A stretch of 57,775 nucleotides of DNA, filler included, from Ionaspis alba (lineage: Eukaryota): NCBI GenBank assembly GCA_964255285.1. It is 2 parts of 2 records of this genome, joined end to end, with 100 filler letters (N's around TTAATTAATTAA, not from the genome) between each part and the next. Parts side by side here need not be neighbours in the genome. Positions count along the whole stretch, not along the records: positions 1 to 29,006 come from CAXUUL010000124.1; 1 more part is not named here. One strand, 5' to 3'. Under the pieces are notes generated by a model. That model searched no databases, had not been told where the DNA came from, and saw nothing but the letters and a program-made list of their open reading frames with translations. A program made the position numbers and the translations under genes. Of this stretch, positions 12,517-27,700 are shown one piece after another. How positions within the stretch are numbered: position 1 is the first letter of the stretch; every line of letters begins with the position of its first letter.

Positions 12517-14503
12517 ATGGACAGCGTAGTCAAGGCAATTGTGGCTGCACCAGCATCCGAGCCTGTTGGCCAGGTCGAGTTTGGTTGCGGTATGTTGGTC
12601 GTTTATCTGATTTACATATCTCTTACGTTCTTCAGAACATCTGGCGCAATTCATGATGGAGAGTGATGAAGTCGCAGAAAGGCTTTCCAATGCCTACGCA
12701 GACCTCCAGAACACACTCGCAAAGCCTTTGGAGGCACAAACGACGAAGGATCCCAAGGACTTGAGGAAACATCCTCGGACCACTTTGCTCCCGACCTTCC
12801 TATGCTTGCAATGTTCCACCATCTCGGCTTTGGAGGATAGAGATGCGCATTCGGAGACGAGAAAGCACCAACTTTGTGGGTAGCTCGTGTTTGGGTGTGA
12901 AAATTCCTTACTAACCTCTGTCGAAGCTATCGAGAGCCGTTCCGGCTGCTTGTACTGTGGACTCTGCAAAGACTTCGTCTACGATCCTGCGTTAGAGCGA
13001 ATCAGGATTCATCAAAATTTACCGTTAGCCAGTATGACATCTAACGTCGATTGCAGACCATACATGGAACTTATTGACGTGTTATAGATGGAAAGAAAAG
13101 GAAACTTGGCGCGATCTATCCGCAAGGCGAAGAAGACAGGTTCATCCTACCAAACGGAAACAATCTGTCATGTCTAGCTGGTTCTCCCAGGGGCATGTGG
13201 AATCTTGGCCAGACGTGCTACCTGACGGTCATCCTTCAGTCCCTCATCCACAACCCTCTTATGCGCAATTTCTTCCTTGCCAATCGCCACGACACCGCCG
13301 AATGCCCTGTGGAGGATTGTGTAGCCTGCGCTTTGACTGTGTCTTTCTCGGATGTCCTTGCGACGGAGAAGCTTGACGGTCACGCTCCCATTGAACTCCT
13401 GCACAAATCGTGGAAGAACAAAGAGGTACGCTACACGCTCAAGTTCTGTGATCTAGATAGAACCACCTGACTTAGTCCCTATTTATAGGCACTTGCTGGC
13501 TACCAACAACAAGATGCGCACGAGTACTTCCAATACCTTCTCAACCAACTTCATACCTCTGCTGGATGCGCCATATCCAATTCTCCAAAAACGTGCTCCT
13601 GTCTCTATCATCAAACCTTCTTTGGCAAGCTCCGTAGTACGGTCACCTGCCTCGCCTGCAAGAATGTCACTATTTCCGAAGACCCCATCATCGATCTCTC
13701 CCTCAATCTCCGCCAACAGATCAAGCGCCGAAAACTGGATGCCAAACTAGCCGGCACAGAAATACCGCTGGATCTTGCAACTTGCCTCTACAATTTCACC
13801 ACACCTGAAAATTTAGGACCCGACTCGTATATCTGCAAGAGCGACATCTGCCAAGTCAAGCCGCAACGCACTCGCAAGCATCTGACCATCAAGAAGCTAC
13901 CACCAACGGTCTGCATCCAGATTAAGGTTAGTTTTCTCCCAGCTCTTCGTTCCTGATACAGAGAAAGGACATACTGACGAAGCTTCGCCGTAGCGATACG
14001 AGCACAACAAAGCCAATCCGCAAAAGCTGGACACCAAAATGAATTTCCCCCTCCAACTCGACATGTCTCCGTACACCACTCGCGCCCACCGGCAAAACAA
14101 AGCTAGACTCAACTCGCACGAGCCACCTTCCCCGAAATCAAATCTTCCTCTCACGCCCCGTTCCCCCGGCTGGTACGATCTTTCGAGTGTGGTGGTGCAC
14201 CTGGGCAAGATCGACGCCGGGCACTACATCTGCTATTGCCAGCGTGATGGGCAGTGGTTTAAGTTTGACGATAGTAAGGTGACTGTTGCAAGCGAGAAGG
14301 TGGTGTTGGAGGCGGAAGCGTATCTATTGTTCTATGTTATTAGGAGTCTGCCTGCTTCTGAGAAAGAAAAGGGAAAAAATGGAGGGGAAATGAAAGATGG
14401 GAAAAAGAATGGGGAAAGTAATGGAGCGAATAAGTTGGAAAGAGATAGAGAGAGCGAGGATGAATTAGGGGAGGTCAAGGAGGAGGAGGAAGAGGAGGCT
14501 TGA
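12517..14503 (+). CDS. UBP8: Ubiquitin C-terminal hydrolase Ubp8/USP22 (SAGA deubiquitinase), multi-exon
   Basis: N-terminal ZnF-UBP (GC|EHL…CLQC…H…H…YCGLCKDFVYD), Cys box GMWNLGQTCY, LAGYQQQDAHEY, His box VVVHLGKIDAGHY…WFKFDD…EAYLLFY. Start codon inferred. Confidence 0.88.
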
Positions 14504-14796
14504 CATCCTGTAGATGGTCAACAGAATGGGAGGGTGCTCATATGTGCAGATATGCCAATGACATGGCGAAGTATCTGATATGGCAATATTTGGCTGCATG
14601 TGTAGGCAGGATAATTTTCGATCATTATGGGACTATCGGCTCATAATAGACGTGAGGCAAAGAGAAGAATTTACGAGCTCTAAAAGCATGAATTATGTTT
14701 CGTGCAAAATCTCTCCCCCTCTAGGAGAAGCATAAGCATCTATCAGTTATCCAGGACACCCTCGTTCCCGCACCAAGGTCCAGACATTCTCCTATG

Positions 14797-15594
14797 CTAC
14801 TGTGCACCACGGGGCTTTGCTCTAGCCAAGCCACTCGTACCTCTTCCGCCTCTCCCCGTTCCTCGAGCAATTTCTCCTCTACCAGCGGCGCCTCCAGCCC
14901 TGGTCGGAGCGGAACTTTGCCTGGAAGCGGGTGCTGGGGTTGTGAACTTTGAAGTCGATCTAGAAGATATAGGAGGATTTTCGACAAAAGATGTGTCAGT
15001 AGTCCTAAGGTATATAGTTATTATCTGCTAGGGTATAATAAACCAGATGGAGGAAACAAACAAGAAAGTGGCTTCGGCATCGAAATCTGAACGATTGGTG
15101 TCTGTAGACAAAGGAGGACCTATTATGTAAACATCAACTGGATGCGTCGCGGCTTGATTGGAGTGAAGACTGACCCATTTGCTCCTCATGCTGCCGTGCT
15201 CTTTTGAAGGACTCTTGTATTGGTGCCTGCAACAATTCATCCCTGCCTTCTCACTCTATCTGGCAAATAATAGATCACTCACGTCTGGGAAGTCAACGCA
15301 AAATGCATTCATGTTCAAACCATACAGAAAACTCGCAAAGCTCTCGCTAAATCTAGACAAGCTCTCATGCATCAATTGCAAGTGCATGAAATTAGCTTCC
15401 AAATCGGCCATAGAGTCCGAAAGCTCGGCGAATGCTGGTTCCAGTGCCGTGAGAGGATTCTCGGACGACCCATGAGCTGCACCAGTACCCGAGCTCTCCC
15501 TCAACGATGTTCGTGAGCTGGGACGCAGGGGAGTCGTGGGCCGGGATGATGGTCGGGGACGAGAGGTGGATCTTTTGCTGGTCGAGGTTTCCAT
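14797..15594 (-). CDS. DAM1: DASH/Dam1 kinetochore complex subunit Dam1, multi-exon
   Basis: RPTTPLRPSSR and the core LEPAFAELSDSMADLEANFMHLQLMHESLSRFSESFASFLYGLNMNAFCVDFP. Later exons APIQESFKRA and DTSFVENPP, with an RG-rich tail ending at TAG 14797-14799. Confidence 0.92.
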
Positions 15595-15981
15595 CCTTAC
15601 TCAAGAAGATGACTCTCCAAAGTCAGGTCCTCGTAGGCAAGATACGAGAACCAATGATCCTGTAAACGAGGGCGATAGATATATGTACGTCTTTTATGTA
15701 TTCAATGGGAAGGCTTGCCGATCTTCTTACTTTGTGAAATAGAGTTGTTTATACAACTCTAGCGTGACGCGGGGTGAGGCAGAGGGGCACCATCAACCAG
15801 ATGCGCGGGTCCAGTTGACCCTGTCGCCCCCATCGCTTAGATCTCGGGCGGTCGATTGTGCCGAGGGTTCAGGGACTGATGCTGATGGTGATGACAACAT
15901 ACCCCAGAATCCTACTGCGAGTGCCCAGATTCGCTACATGTCACCATTCGGCATGTGGACAGGGTCAGCTACACAATTTAC

Positions 15982-18044
<2,063 letters not shown>

Positions 18045-18546
18045 AGATGTTTTGTGTTTTGGAAATGGGATCGGTGGGTACTGCACTATATATCCGAACA
18101 AGTTTGCAATGATTTGATGGCCTCGTATCTTACGAGACGCTGACTGGGACAGGTGGGGAACTGGGTTTGGGTGGTAACCATGTGCATGACAATAAAGGGC
18201 AGAGGCTTCAACCGGATTGCTTGTACGACTAGGCATTTACAGTTAGAACAGAACCTTCCTTTGGGAGTCCGGGAAGGCATTGTTAAGATTGGATGCACAA
18301 ATTATACACCAATTTTGTCGCTTAAGATAATGAACATTGTTCGAAGCCCACACTCACGTTTTGAAGCGTTGCTCACGACCAGTTAGTTGCGCTCATCGAA
18401 AGCTGACTCTTTTGCTTTCCTGAAATTAGCCATGAGCAATATCCTGAAGTCTTAAAGAAGTCATATGAATCAAGCGGTTCGACCATTCCATCGTCTAATC
18501 ATATTCCAATCTATATACAAGTCATACTACTGCTCTCCACCCAAGC

Positions 18547-19273
18547 TTACATTTTCGGCTTCACGTCCTCGAGCAGCTTCTTCAACTTCTCCATATCTGT
18601 TGCCTGCATGGGCCACCCAATACCCAATCCCTCCGTCTCGTTCGGCTTCGGTATCTACCCTCATGTTAGCGTTCGATCGCCCTCCCCTGAGCAGTCACTG
18701 AACATACCATGTGAAAGTGTACCTGCGTAGACCCACGACATCAGTTTCTCTGATCTAAGTATGCCAGCGCAAGGGTATGGCATTGCGTACATGATCCACA
18801 ACCTGATGCGCTATTCGCCCATTGTTCTGTAAAATGTTATAATTCTCTGCTCCTACAGCAGTTGCAATCTTCTTCGCCACAGGCTATGAAACCCATTAGC
18901 AGCCGTCTTCATCTCCACTCCCCCTGTTGTGATCCTAATCAAATAGGGGCCGCGAATAGACGGGGCCACGGACTAGGATTTCTTGTAGACAGTCGTCAGG
19001 GATATCGGTGAGTTTCGCGCCGTGGTGTTTCGGTATTACGAGCTGAGATAGGAATTGTCAGAGCCCAGCATCAGGTGATACATCGAGGAGGACCGCACGG
19101 CATGACCCTTGCTTAATGGTTGGATGTCGAGAAAGGCGAGGGTGCGTTCACTCTCAAAGAGCTTGAGGGAGGGGATGTCGCCTGTGAGAAACGTCAATTG
19201 GGGGTCGGAGAGCTGGAGAGTATGTGGGGAAGGTACCCTTGATGATTTTACAGAAGATACAAGCGGCGGCCAT
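18547..19273 (-). CDS. HNT1: HIT-family nucleotide hydrolase (Hint/Hnt1), multi-exon
   Basis: MAAACIFCKIIK|GDIPSLKLFESERTLAFLDIQPLS, LVIPKHHGAKLTDIPDD, YNILQNNGRIAHQVVDH|VHFHM (histidine triad), IPKP…GLGIGWP. Confidence 0.95.
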
Positions 19274-19745
19274 TTTGATAGAGTGAAGTGTATGCTTCGA
19301 ATATATAGATATTGAAAGCCGTTACGAGCCGCCGCATTGAGGAATGCAAGGGGCAGCGGAAGGAATAAGGTGTGCGCTCGCTGTTGAAATCCAAAAGTAC
19401 TTTTATTAATTATAATAAGAAATTTTTATGCCAACGGAGTGCAACGGGTTAGCTTAGAATCCATTTCTTGCCTTTTACCGTAGGTCCATGTTTCCCGCAC
19501 TTGCGCGAAGATTTAGTTAACAATGCCGCAGAGAGATGGCCAAGACCTCGTGCAACAAACTCCATAAACCAATCTTTGGAATTACAACTCTGCACTGAGC
19601 AGATAGATATTTTATTTTTTGGTAATATCGATTCAGGATCGGTGAACACTAGGCTTTGCTCCTACAAAAAATATCATAAATCTTACTGGGATGTCTCGAA
19701 CGCTCGTTGGCTCTCTCTCGATCAAATCCTCGCTTAAGCAAAGGC

Positions 19746-20201
19746 TCATGATTTTTGCCCACCCATAATCCTCCGCTTTTCCTCCTCCGAATAAATACTT
19801 GTACCCTGCTTCAAGGCCTCGATCAATATCGGGAGCGACTTCTCATTAAAGTCGTCCGCATTCCTGATTTTATCGAGGTCATCGGCGAATTCGGTCGTGA
19901 CTTGCTTCATATAGAAGGTTTCAAAATCCATTGGTTCATTTGAAGCTTCGGCCTTTAATAGAAGGCAAGAGTCAGTAGCTCGCACTTCAAGTCGAGCCAG
20001 AGGGATCTACATCTTTTGCGGGTTTGTCTTCACTCGAGCCTGCCGCTCCTTCCGCTGCTTCTGAAGCCGGTTTGACCTTTTCGGGTAGCTCCTTTGCGGC
20101 GCTGACGGGGATTCTTGTTGATTTGGATTTTGCCTGTATCAGGCATCGGTCACACGTTACTAAAAAGAAGGCATCTCAATCCAAGGATTCAAACTCACCA
20201 T
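19746..20201 (-). CDS. RSA3: Ribosome assembly protein Rsa3-like, 3 exons
   Basis: C-terminal FETFYMKQVTTEFADDLDKIRNADDFNEKSLPILIEALKQG matches the Rsa3 domain. ATG-only first coding exon (20199-20201), introns 20134-20198 and ~19953-20010. Confidence 0.8.
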
Positions 20202-20885
20202 GATAGGCGATTTTCGGGCGTGGCCAGTTGCCTGGTTTCTGCTGACACTCACTTTACAGGATAGCTCGTTAGGTTGTTGCGTTGATGCCACCCAGGATGC
20301 AAATCGTGGTGAAGGGTACCCAAAAGCGCCGTGGGTCTTCGTTCGGGAACCAAATTTTCAGCCTCAATCCGCCTCGATCAAACAGCTCGGTTCGTTCAAC
20401 CACAAATATTATTTCGTTATTTTCAGGTTACTACTTGCTAGCATTTGGCCCGTGACTGTCACACTTCCCGATGATGTATAATTATCGTTGCTGGAATTTT
20501 ATCTGTGGATTCACCGGCGAGCGCTCACACTTTCAAGATCATCTACTGTTCTCGTCTCCATCTCTTCTAACCTCGTCAAGTTCTGGCTGCATCATTAGTG
20601 CGCTTAATACGAGGTGACACAGGATTCCATGTGTGGTGTGTGAATTAAATGGTGTGTGTCTATGTAAGTACCAGACCCTTGCAAAGATTAGATCCCCGTC
20701 AGCTTATCTGATCCTGATTTTCCATTTGTCTTCAACGGAGACTCTCAGGTGTGACAGCGATCTATAATCCTTTCCTTGCTCGAAATCCTGATACTCACTT
20801 GCCTGATTTGCCTCTGCTGATTCATTATGAATGATAACCCTCTCCTGTTCTGTACAACGACCCCATCTATACAAGAACTCTCACC

Positions 20886-22515
20886 ATGCACTGTTTACGT
20901 TACATCGGCACACAAATTATTGTTTCCTCTTATGTTATGCTACTGGTACTTGTACCTCATGCAGCTCCTCTACCCATCAGACTCGAGAAAGGCACGACTG
21001 TCTGCACGAATGCAGGCTGGGATGATATACTTCTATTCCTGCTTGTCAACTATCTTGCTCATGCGGCCACTGCCGTCAGCTTTCCGGGCGAAAGCACTTG
21101 GGAACTCAACACTCGACGTCTTGATTCTCTGCTTGTGCCGTATATTGGACTGATGTTTGCTTTGCGCAAGATCCAGTGGTTTCTTGTCCTTGAGAAGGAC
21201 CCCTTGAAAAGAGCTTGTCGAGCTGAGGCCTTATGTCAAATAGTAAGAACTAAAGAGTGGAGACCGAAAGAGGGTAGCATTGTTTTTGCTCGTGTATCTA
21301 GTCATTTACAGCAGGAGATCACCATGAGGTATATAGTGAATTCCCATCCGCATACTCCTTGCCATCTATGGCTCTGCCGCTGACAGCTCTGGTTGAGAGC
21401 AGCGATACCACAGCAACACCACGCCACTGTTTGATGACATTCCACAAACAGAGACAAAGTCGTACAGATCCTGTCATCATTCCGAGCAAGAAACACAGTC
21501 TAATCCAAGGGTTCGGCAATTTGCCTCCCGGATACGGCGTCGAACGATGTCAAGGCATACCAGCGTTAAAAGTGAAGAGCATTGGTGGTCGTGTGGATAT
21601 CTATAATGATCATCGCATCACAGAGAGCATAATAGCTTTGACTCAAATTCTGTTTGCAACTATCTCACTCTACCGAGCTCGCGCCGGACAGTACGAACAG
21701 TACGGCTTAGCTGCCTACTCCCTCACAGTCCTTCCCTTTGCGGTAATGTCCTTTGCCAACTTAGTGGCCAACTCAGTTTCCATGGATTTTCCGCTCTTCT
21801 ATCTTGTCGGCTCACCGGAGATGGATGAGGCAGTCACGAGAGGGGCGGTCTTCAGTCGTCTAGTCGGTCAGCTCGAGATGCAAGACCCACGGGCAAGGGG
21901 TCTCGACGAGGTGCGGTTTGAGTACGTTGACGGAGTCATGAACGCTTACCAAGGGCCGAAAGGTAGTGGACGTCGTCTGGGAAGTGTCGATGACCGATCT
22001 TTTGCTAGAGACACCAACAAGGTGAAGAAGCACGCCCTTTCGCATTCTCAAACAATCATGCTGATGGGTCATCAAACATGAAGAATAATAGCGAGTCGTC
22101 CGCTATCGAAATTACATTTCTTTCGCATGTCCCCTTCGCAGAGCATACCCCAATCCCACCCTTCGGCGCCCAACTTCGTGACAAATTTGGCCTCATCATT
22201 GCCACCGTCGTTGGCCTCTCCCTCTTCATGACCCCATCGCTTATCATATGGGCCGTGACAGGCTATCAAGCAGCTCAAAGCAGCATCCTAGAACGCACGG
22301 GTCTTTTACTCTGGCTGTACTCTCACCAATTCAGTCTGCTGTTTTTGATGGCTTGGAACGCGGTGTTCCAGGTTGACCACGCGTTGCGGGCCCCAGCGAA
22401 GTATTCTAGGGTGCTGTATCATGTCATGGGATGGAGCTTAAGAGCTATTGGGCTGTTCGGCTACGTGCTTGTTGTGCTGCAGGTGCTCGACTTTGGAATT
22501 TGTCTAGAGGTTTAG
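20886..22515 (+). CDS. Uncharacterised fungal multi-pass membrane protein
   Basis: Three consecutive hydrophobic ORF segments (CTNAGWDDILLFLLVNYLAHAAT; LYRARAGQYEQYGLAAYSLTVLPFAVMSFANL; C-terminal TMs ending DFGICLEV*). Joined by intron 21329-21387 and a possible weak intron 22022-22083. Confidence 0.6.
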
Positions 22516-22672
22516 ATGAGGTTGACTATCGAGCGGATTCGACATCAGGAATCTGCGTGAAGAGATCCACCAATTATTCGTAACTGTTTCTGTTCGATCC
22601 ACACAGACGTGGCTATCTACAAATTCCAACAGACTTCTCTCACAGTCGCTCGCACCGAGTGCTAAACCGAAC

Positions 22673-24446
22673 TCACTTCTTCTTCCCTGCACTACCACCG
22701 CCACCCGCCTTTGCTCTAAAGCTGCCTTCGAAGCCTGGTCGCGCCTTGGGCCTCGCCTTCTTGACCGCTTTGCTTTTCTTCTTCCCCTTAGACCCTTTCT
22801 CCTCCCTTCTCTTCTGCAGATTCTCCTCTCTCTTCTTCTGTCTGATTGCCTTTCCCTTTTCCACTCCTTCGATACGCTCTCCCCACTCTTTCTCGCTTTT
22901 CTTCTTAGACTTTTCTTTCCGCTTCAACGTCTTCTTTAGCAACGAGCTGTCATCTCGAATCCGCTCGCCATGTGCCCGTTTGCGGGCATTCAGCCATACA
23001 TTCTTCTCCTCAATGTCGGCGCGTTTTGTAGGGTCGAGGGCGGAGAGACGTGCCGCGCACTTCGTTGCGGCTTCAAGTGCGGTGTGAGGATCTTGTGGAC
23101 CCTTAGCTTTGTGAGCGTCTATCACCGCATTAAGATTCGCAGTCATGGTCTGTCCGTTCTCGAAAGCGATACGGCCGAATGAAAAGTTGTTAATCGGCTC
23201 GGCCTGAGGACCAAGAGGGGAGGGGACGGTATTCGAGCCTGAAGCTGGTGACATGATTCCGGGTGACAGAAGAGGAGAGCCTCGCGAAAGTGCAATATCT
23301 CGCTGCAGTCGCTCTTCTTCACGCGCCTTTTGCCGAAGTTCTTTCTTTTGTGCTCGTCGTTGCTCCTCCTTTTTGCGTCGAGCTTCCATAAGTTCCTGTC
23401 GGTTACGTGCTGGTGTACCATCGATTGTATCAGCTTTCCGAGCAGCACGCAATTCCTCTAAGCGTCGCCGGAATCGAGCTTGCGCTTCTTCGGGGGTAAC
23501 TTTTGGCTTTGTGGTTTCCTTCGAAGGTAGTCCTTGAGGAGTCTCTGACGGAATCTGGGCAAGAGGTGCAATAGAGGAAATAGAGGATGTTCCCGATGCC
23601 GCGTTCGGGATATCGAAGATCGGAGGAGGCGTCGGTGAAGGTACCGCGGTTGAAGGTTCATCAGCTTGATCCGCGTCATTACCCACGAGACCGGCAACGT
23701 CTATTGACTCTACATGCGGCAATAAAGCATCGTTTTTTTCTTCGAGATCATCCGATTGGGCCATTTCGACATCGGTTACGACACCATTGATGTGCAGTGA
23801 ATCCTGCCCTTTTCGTGCCTTCTTTGCTTGTGTCTTTACAAGGTCTGTTTCTTTTCGACGTAATTTGCATTCTCGTTTTTCCTTCCGCCTTGCAGCTTTC
23901 ATAGCCGTAGCATCTGCTATCTCTTTCGGCCCCTCAAGACTATTGGAGCCACCATTCGGAGCTTGCTTTCCTGGTTCTGCTTTCTCCTTCTTTTGTTTCT
24001 TCACTATCTTTCTTAAGTCTTTCAGCCCTTCCTTGGGTTTTTCTGTCTCGACACCGTCGTATTCTGACACATCACCGTCTTCCTCTCGTTTCCTCTTCCT
24101 CGCGTTCTCTTCCATGACATCTTTTGCACTTTTAGCATTGTCTGGATCTAATTTGGCAAGTTTGGCGGCTCTAGCTTGCTCCTTGGTTTGCTTCTTTCGC
24201 TGCCACTGGTTCTGTCAAGGAACAAAGGATTAGTGAACGATCAGTATGTACTATCGATAAGTGGTGCTATTTAGGGAGTTGAACGACTTACACTAGTATC
24301 TTCCCCATAATAGAGTTTCGCGGGAATGAGCTGTAGAAGTCCATCAAACGCTTTTGCATGACTTCGTAGACGATCCTGAGCAGAGAATCAGGACTGTATT
24401 GGGCAAGGCGGGGGACTCTGAGCCGAACCTCAAGACTTTCTGCCAT
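22673..24446 (-). CDS. RRP14: 60S ribosome biogenesis protein Rrp14/SURF6, 3 exons
   Basis: N-terminal RRP14 domain MAESLE|DRLRSHAKAFDGLLQLIPAKLYYGEDTS|DQWQRKKQTKEQ. C-terminal SURF6 domain GERIRDDSSLLKKTLKRKEKSKKKSEKEW…RPGFEG. Confidence 0.93.
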
Positions 24447-24685
24447 CGTCAACTGCTGCAGACGAGTTCTGCACCTGTATTTTTTGACCGTCTGCGCAAG
24501 CTATCCCCGGCAAGAGCAGATGGGATAGTAACCAGAGACTATTACTGTGAAATCTTACATCGTTACTGGAAACAACATTTCGTCAAGACTGTAAGCGGTG
24601 AAAATGTGGAACTGCGAAATCTTGGCGACCTAGCCATTTGTGAGATAGGTCAGCACCTAAACCCCGGACAATCTCCGCTACTTTA

Positions 24686-24700
24686 GCGCGTTCGACGCGT
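24686..24700. promoter_or_regulatory. MCB-like elements (GCGCGT, ACGCGT) upstream of SMC6
   Basis: gcgcgttcgacgcgt about 95 bp upstream of the SMC6 ATG. ACGCGT is the MBF-binding MCB consensus. Confidence 0.45.
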
Positions 24701-24794
24701 CTTCCAAGGCCGTCGTATATTTTAATGGCGACCTTGAGAACAGTTCAACTAAGAAAATGTTTTGAGGCTTCCTTGAAGATTCTCGGCAAGCGGA

Positions 24795-27700
24795 ATGCCT
24801 GGCCGAAAGCGGGATCGCCCGCTCTTGGACGATGGAGAGGAAGAAGACATTGAGATTGAGAGTGCGCGGTCGAGCTTACGACAAGACACAGTCAGTTTAT
24901 GACCTCCTCCTTTCCGTCTTACGCCTCTTTTCCTGAAGTTATATAGAGGAAGAAATTGAGGCTCTCGGAACAGCCTGAGGATCATCAGGACTCTGATCTT
25001 TCTACGGACGAAGAACTCGACAACCTACAGGCCACACAATTCCAGGAGAGACAGCGAAAGAAAAATCATAAGAAGAATACACCTGCTGACAATGGTATCA
25101 TCGAAGCTGTAACATGCACGAACTTCATGTGCCATACGTTCTTGGATGTCAACGTCGGACCACTCATCAACTTCATCATTGGACACAACGGAAGTGGGAA
25201 GAGTGCAGTATTGACTGCGATAACCATCTGCCTAGGAGGAAAAGCGTCAAACACGAATCGTGCAGGTAATTTGAAAGCCTTCATAAAAGAGGGCCAGGAG
25301 TAAGTGCTGTAGTCTCAGGCGACCTACAAGATGAGCTGACAGGAGGAGTGCCTGTGTACTGAGCGTCAAATTGAAGAATGCCACAGACACTGGCTACCAA
25401 ACAGATGTTTACGGAGATTCGATTATCGTTGAGCGCCACTTTAACAAGGCTGGCACAAGTGGTTTCAAATTGAAGAGCTCCAATGGACGACTCATTTCTA
25501 CTAGGCGGGTTGATCTTGAAGACATATGCGACTACTTCGCCCTACAGCTGGATAATCCCATGAGTGTCTTGTCCCAAGACAACGCCCGCCAGTTCCTGAG
25601 CAATTCCAGTCCAGAGGCTAAATACAAATTCTTCGTTAAGGGTGTGCAGCTGGAGCAGCTGAACCAGGACTATCAACTTATGGAGGAAAACATTGATAAT
25701 ATCGAAGCAACATTTTCTGACAAGAGAAAAGATGTAGATGATTTGTCGCAAAAGGCGACAATGGCGAAGGAGTTGTTTACTATGTCAGAGAAACACGACG
25801 ATTTACGACGCAAGCTGAGGAAGATTGCTGTTCAGATGGCCTGGGTCCAGGTAGAAGAGCAGGAGCGGTTTCTTGACTCCCTTGACAGCGATATCGCGAA
25901 GTCTGAAAAGAAAATAGAAGAGGCTGATCGCAAAGTGGTTGACACGACCGAAGCATTCAAACGCCTTCATGAAGCCTATGAGAATGCCGAACAGGGAGTG
26001 CAAGACGCCAAGAACGAGCAGGAGCCAATCGACGCTGAGAAGGAGGAGGCAAAAATGGCCTATAACAACGCCAAATCTGAGGCACAGGACGCTCAGGTAA
26101 GCTCGACTATCATCAGAGAAGGTTGAAATCATAATCACTAAATTTCGGTGTAGCGCCAACAGCGAAAGATCAAAGAGAGCATTCGCGAAGAGGAGAAAAG
26201 GATCGCCAAGCTGAATGACGATATTGCAGAGGAGCAACGACGACTCGAAGAAATCAGTGGAGGAAGCCATGCGAGACGACTGGCCGAAATTGATGAAAGT
26301 AAGAAGTCTGTGGACGACGCAAAGAAGCAGCTGGATGAACATAATGACACGCTTCAGGACCTCCACGACAAGAAATCGCATGCCGAGAACGCCGTCGAAG
26401 AATCCAAGGCATCTCGGCGAGCGAAGGAAATGGAGGTTCAGCAGTGTACCGAGCAGCTGAATACGTTAAAAAACGATAGAGGACAGCAACGGAGCGGTTA
26501 TCCGGCCAATATGGCTCAGCTGATCAAGGCCGTGAAACAGGACAATGAATTTCTTGAGCAGCCCGTAGGACCTCTTGGCGACTCCGTGCGATTACTGAAG
26601 CCGATTTGGTCGAGTATCCTAGAGAAATCGTTTGGCACAGCCTTGAATAGCTTCGTTGTCACTAGCAAGCAAGATCAGGCCAGGCTGTCAGCTATTATGC
26701 GCAGAGTCAACTGGTATGATCCGTTAATGGAATTTGTTCAGTAATCCCGGAGCTAACCACCACAGCGTCTGTCCTATTCAAATCGGTAACAAAAACATGT
26801 TTGACTATTCCAATAATGAACCAGATCCACAACTTCTCACCACTCTTAGAGCCCTTGAAGTAGGTCCTCCGCGCTTCAGTTAACGCCCGGCACTGATAGA
26901 TCGGTGTGGCTAGATCGACAATCCATTAGTGACTCGGCAGTTGATCATAAATCAGGGCATCGAGCAGACTATCCTGATCGAAGACATGGCAGAAGCAACA
27001 GATCTCATGGATCGCTCGAGATTGCAAAATGTAAAGCAATGCTTTAGTACCAACAACAAGGCACGGTCAGGCGCCGGAGTACGGCTCAACTACGGCTACC
27101 AAGGCGCGCTCTCCATCACTTACGTTGATCCTTATCATGGGACTCCAAGGATGAAGACCGACATCGAATCTCAAATCAGGTAACGCAACTCCTTTCCACT
27201 ATCGGCTTCTCCGGCTAACAGTACCAGTTTCCAACAAGAAACATTGCAACGTCTGGAGCGTGAGTTAAACGAGAAAAGTCGACGTTATCGAGAGCTTCAA
27301 AAGACCTTGGAAGACTGCAACAAGGCGATTGGCCGACACCAAAAGATTGCCAGAGACTTGCGGCTACAAATTGAACGTGCTCAATCCATTGTCAATGACT
27401 TGCAGGATGCTCTCGACGGGGACGCCGCCGAGGAGGGAAAGCTGGAGGCCCTAAAACAGCAATTAGAAGATGCCCACAAGGACAAGGCTATCGCTGAAAA
27501 TACTTATGGAGATTCGGTCCTCGAAAAAGACAAGCACGTAGGCAGTTTGAAAGAACACACCGAGAAGTTGAACACTATCGATATTCGGATAGCTGCTGCA
27601 GAGGAAAAGATAGCTGAAGCTAAGAAAAAGTATGCCGACTTGTCAGATCAGCGTTCCGTGGCCTTAGTCGAGAAGAACAGGTCGATTCAATCATTACAGA

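Noticed and set aside
19469..19479. U5 snRNA loop I-like TGCCTTTTACC
   Set aside because: The flanks (TTTCT / GTAGG) do not form the closing stem, and no other U5 structure is evident.
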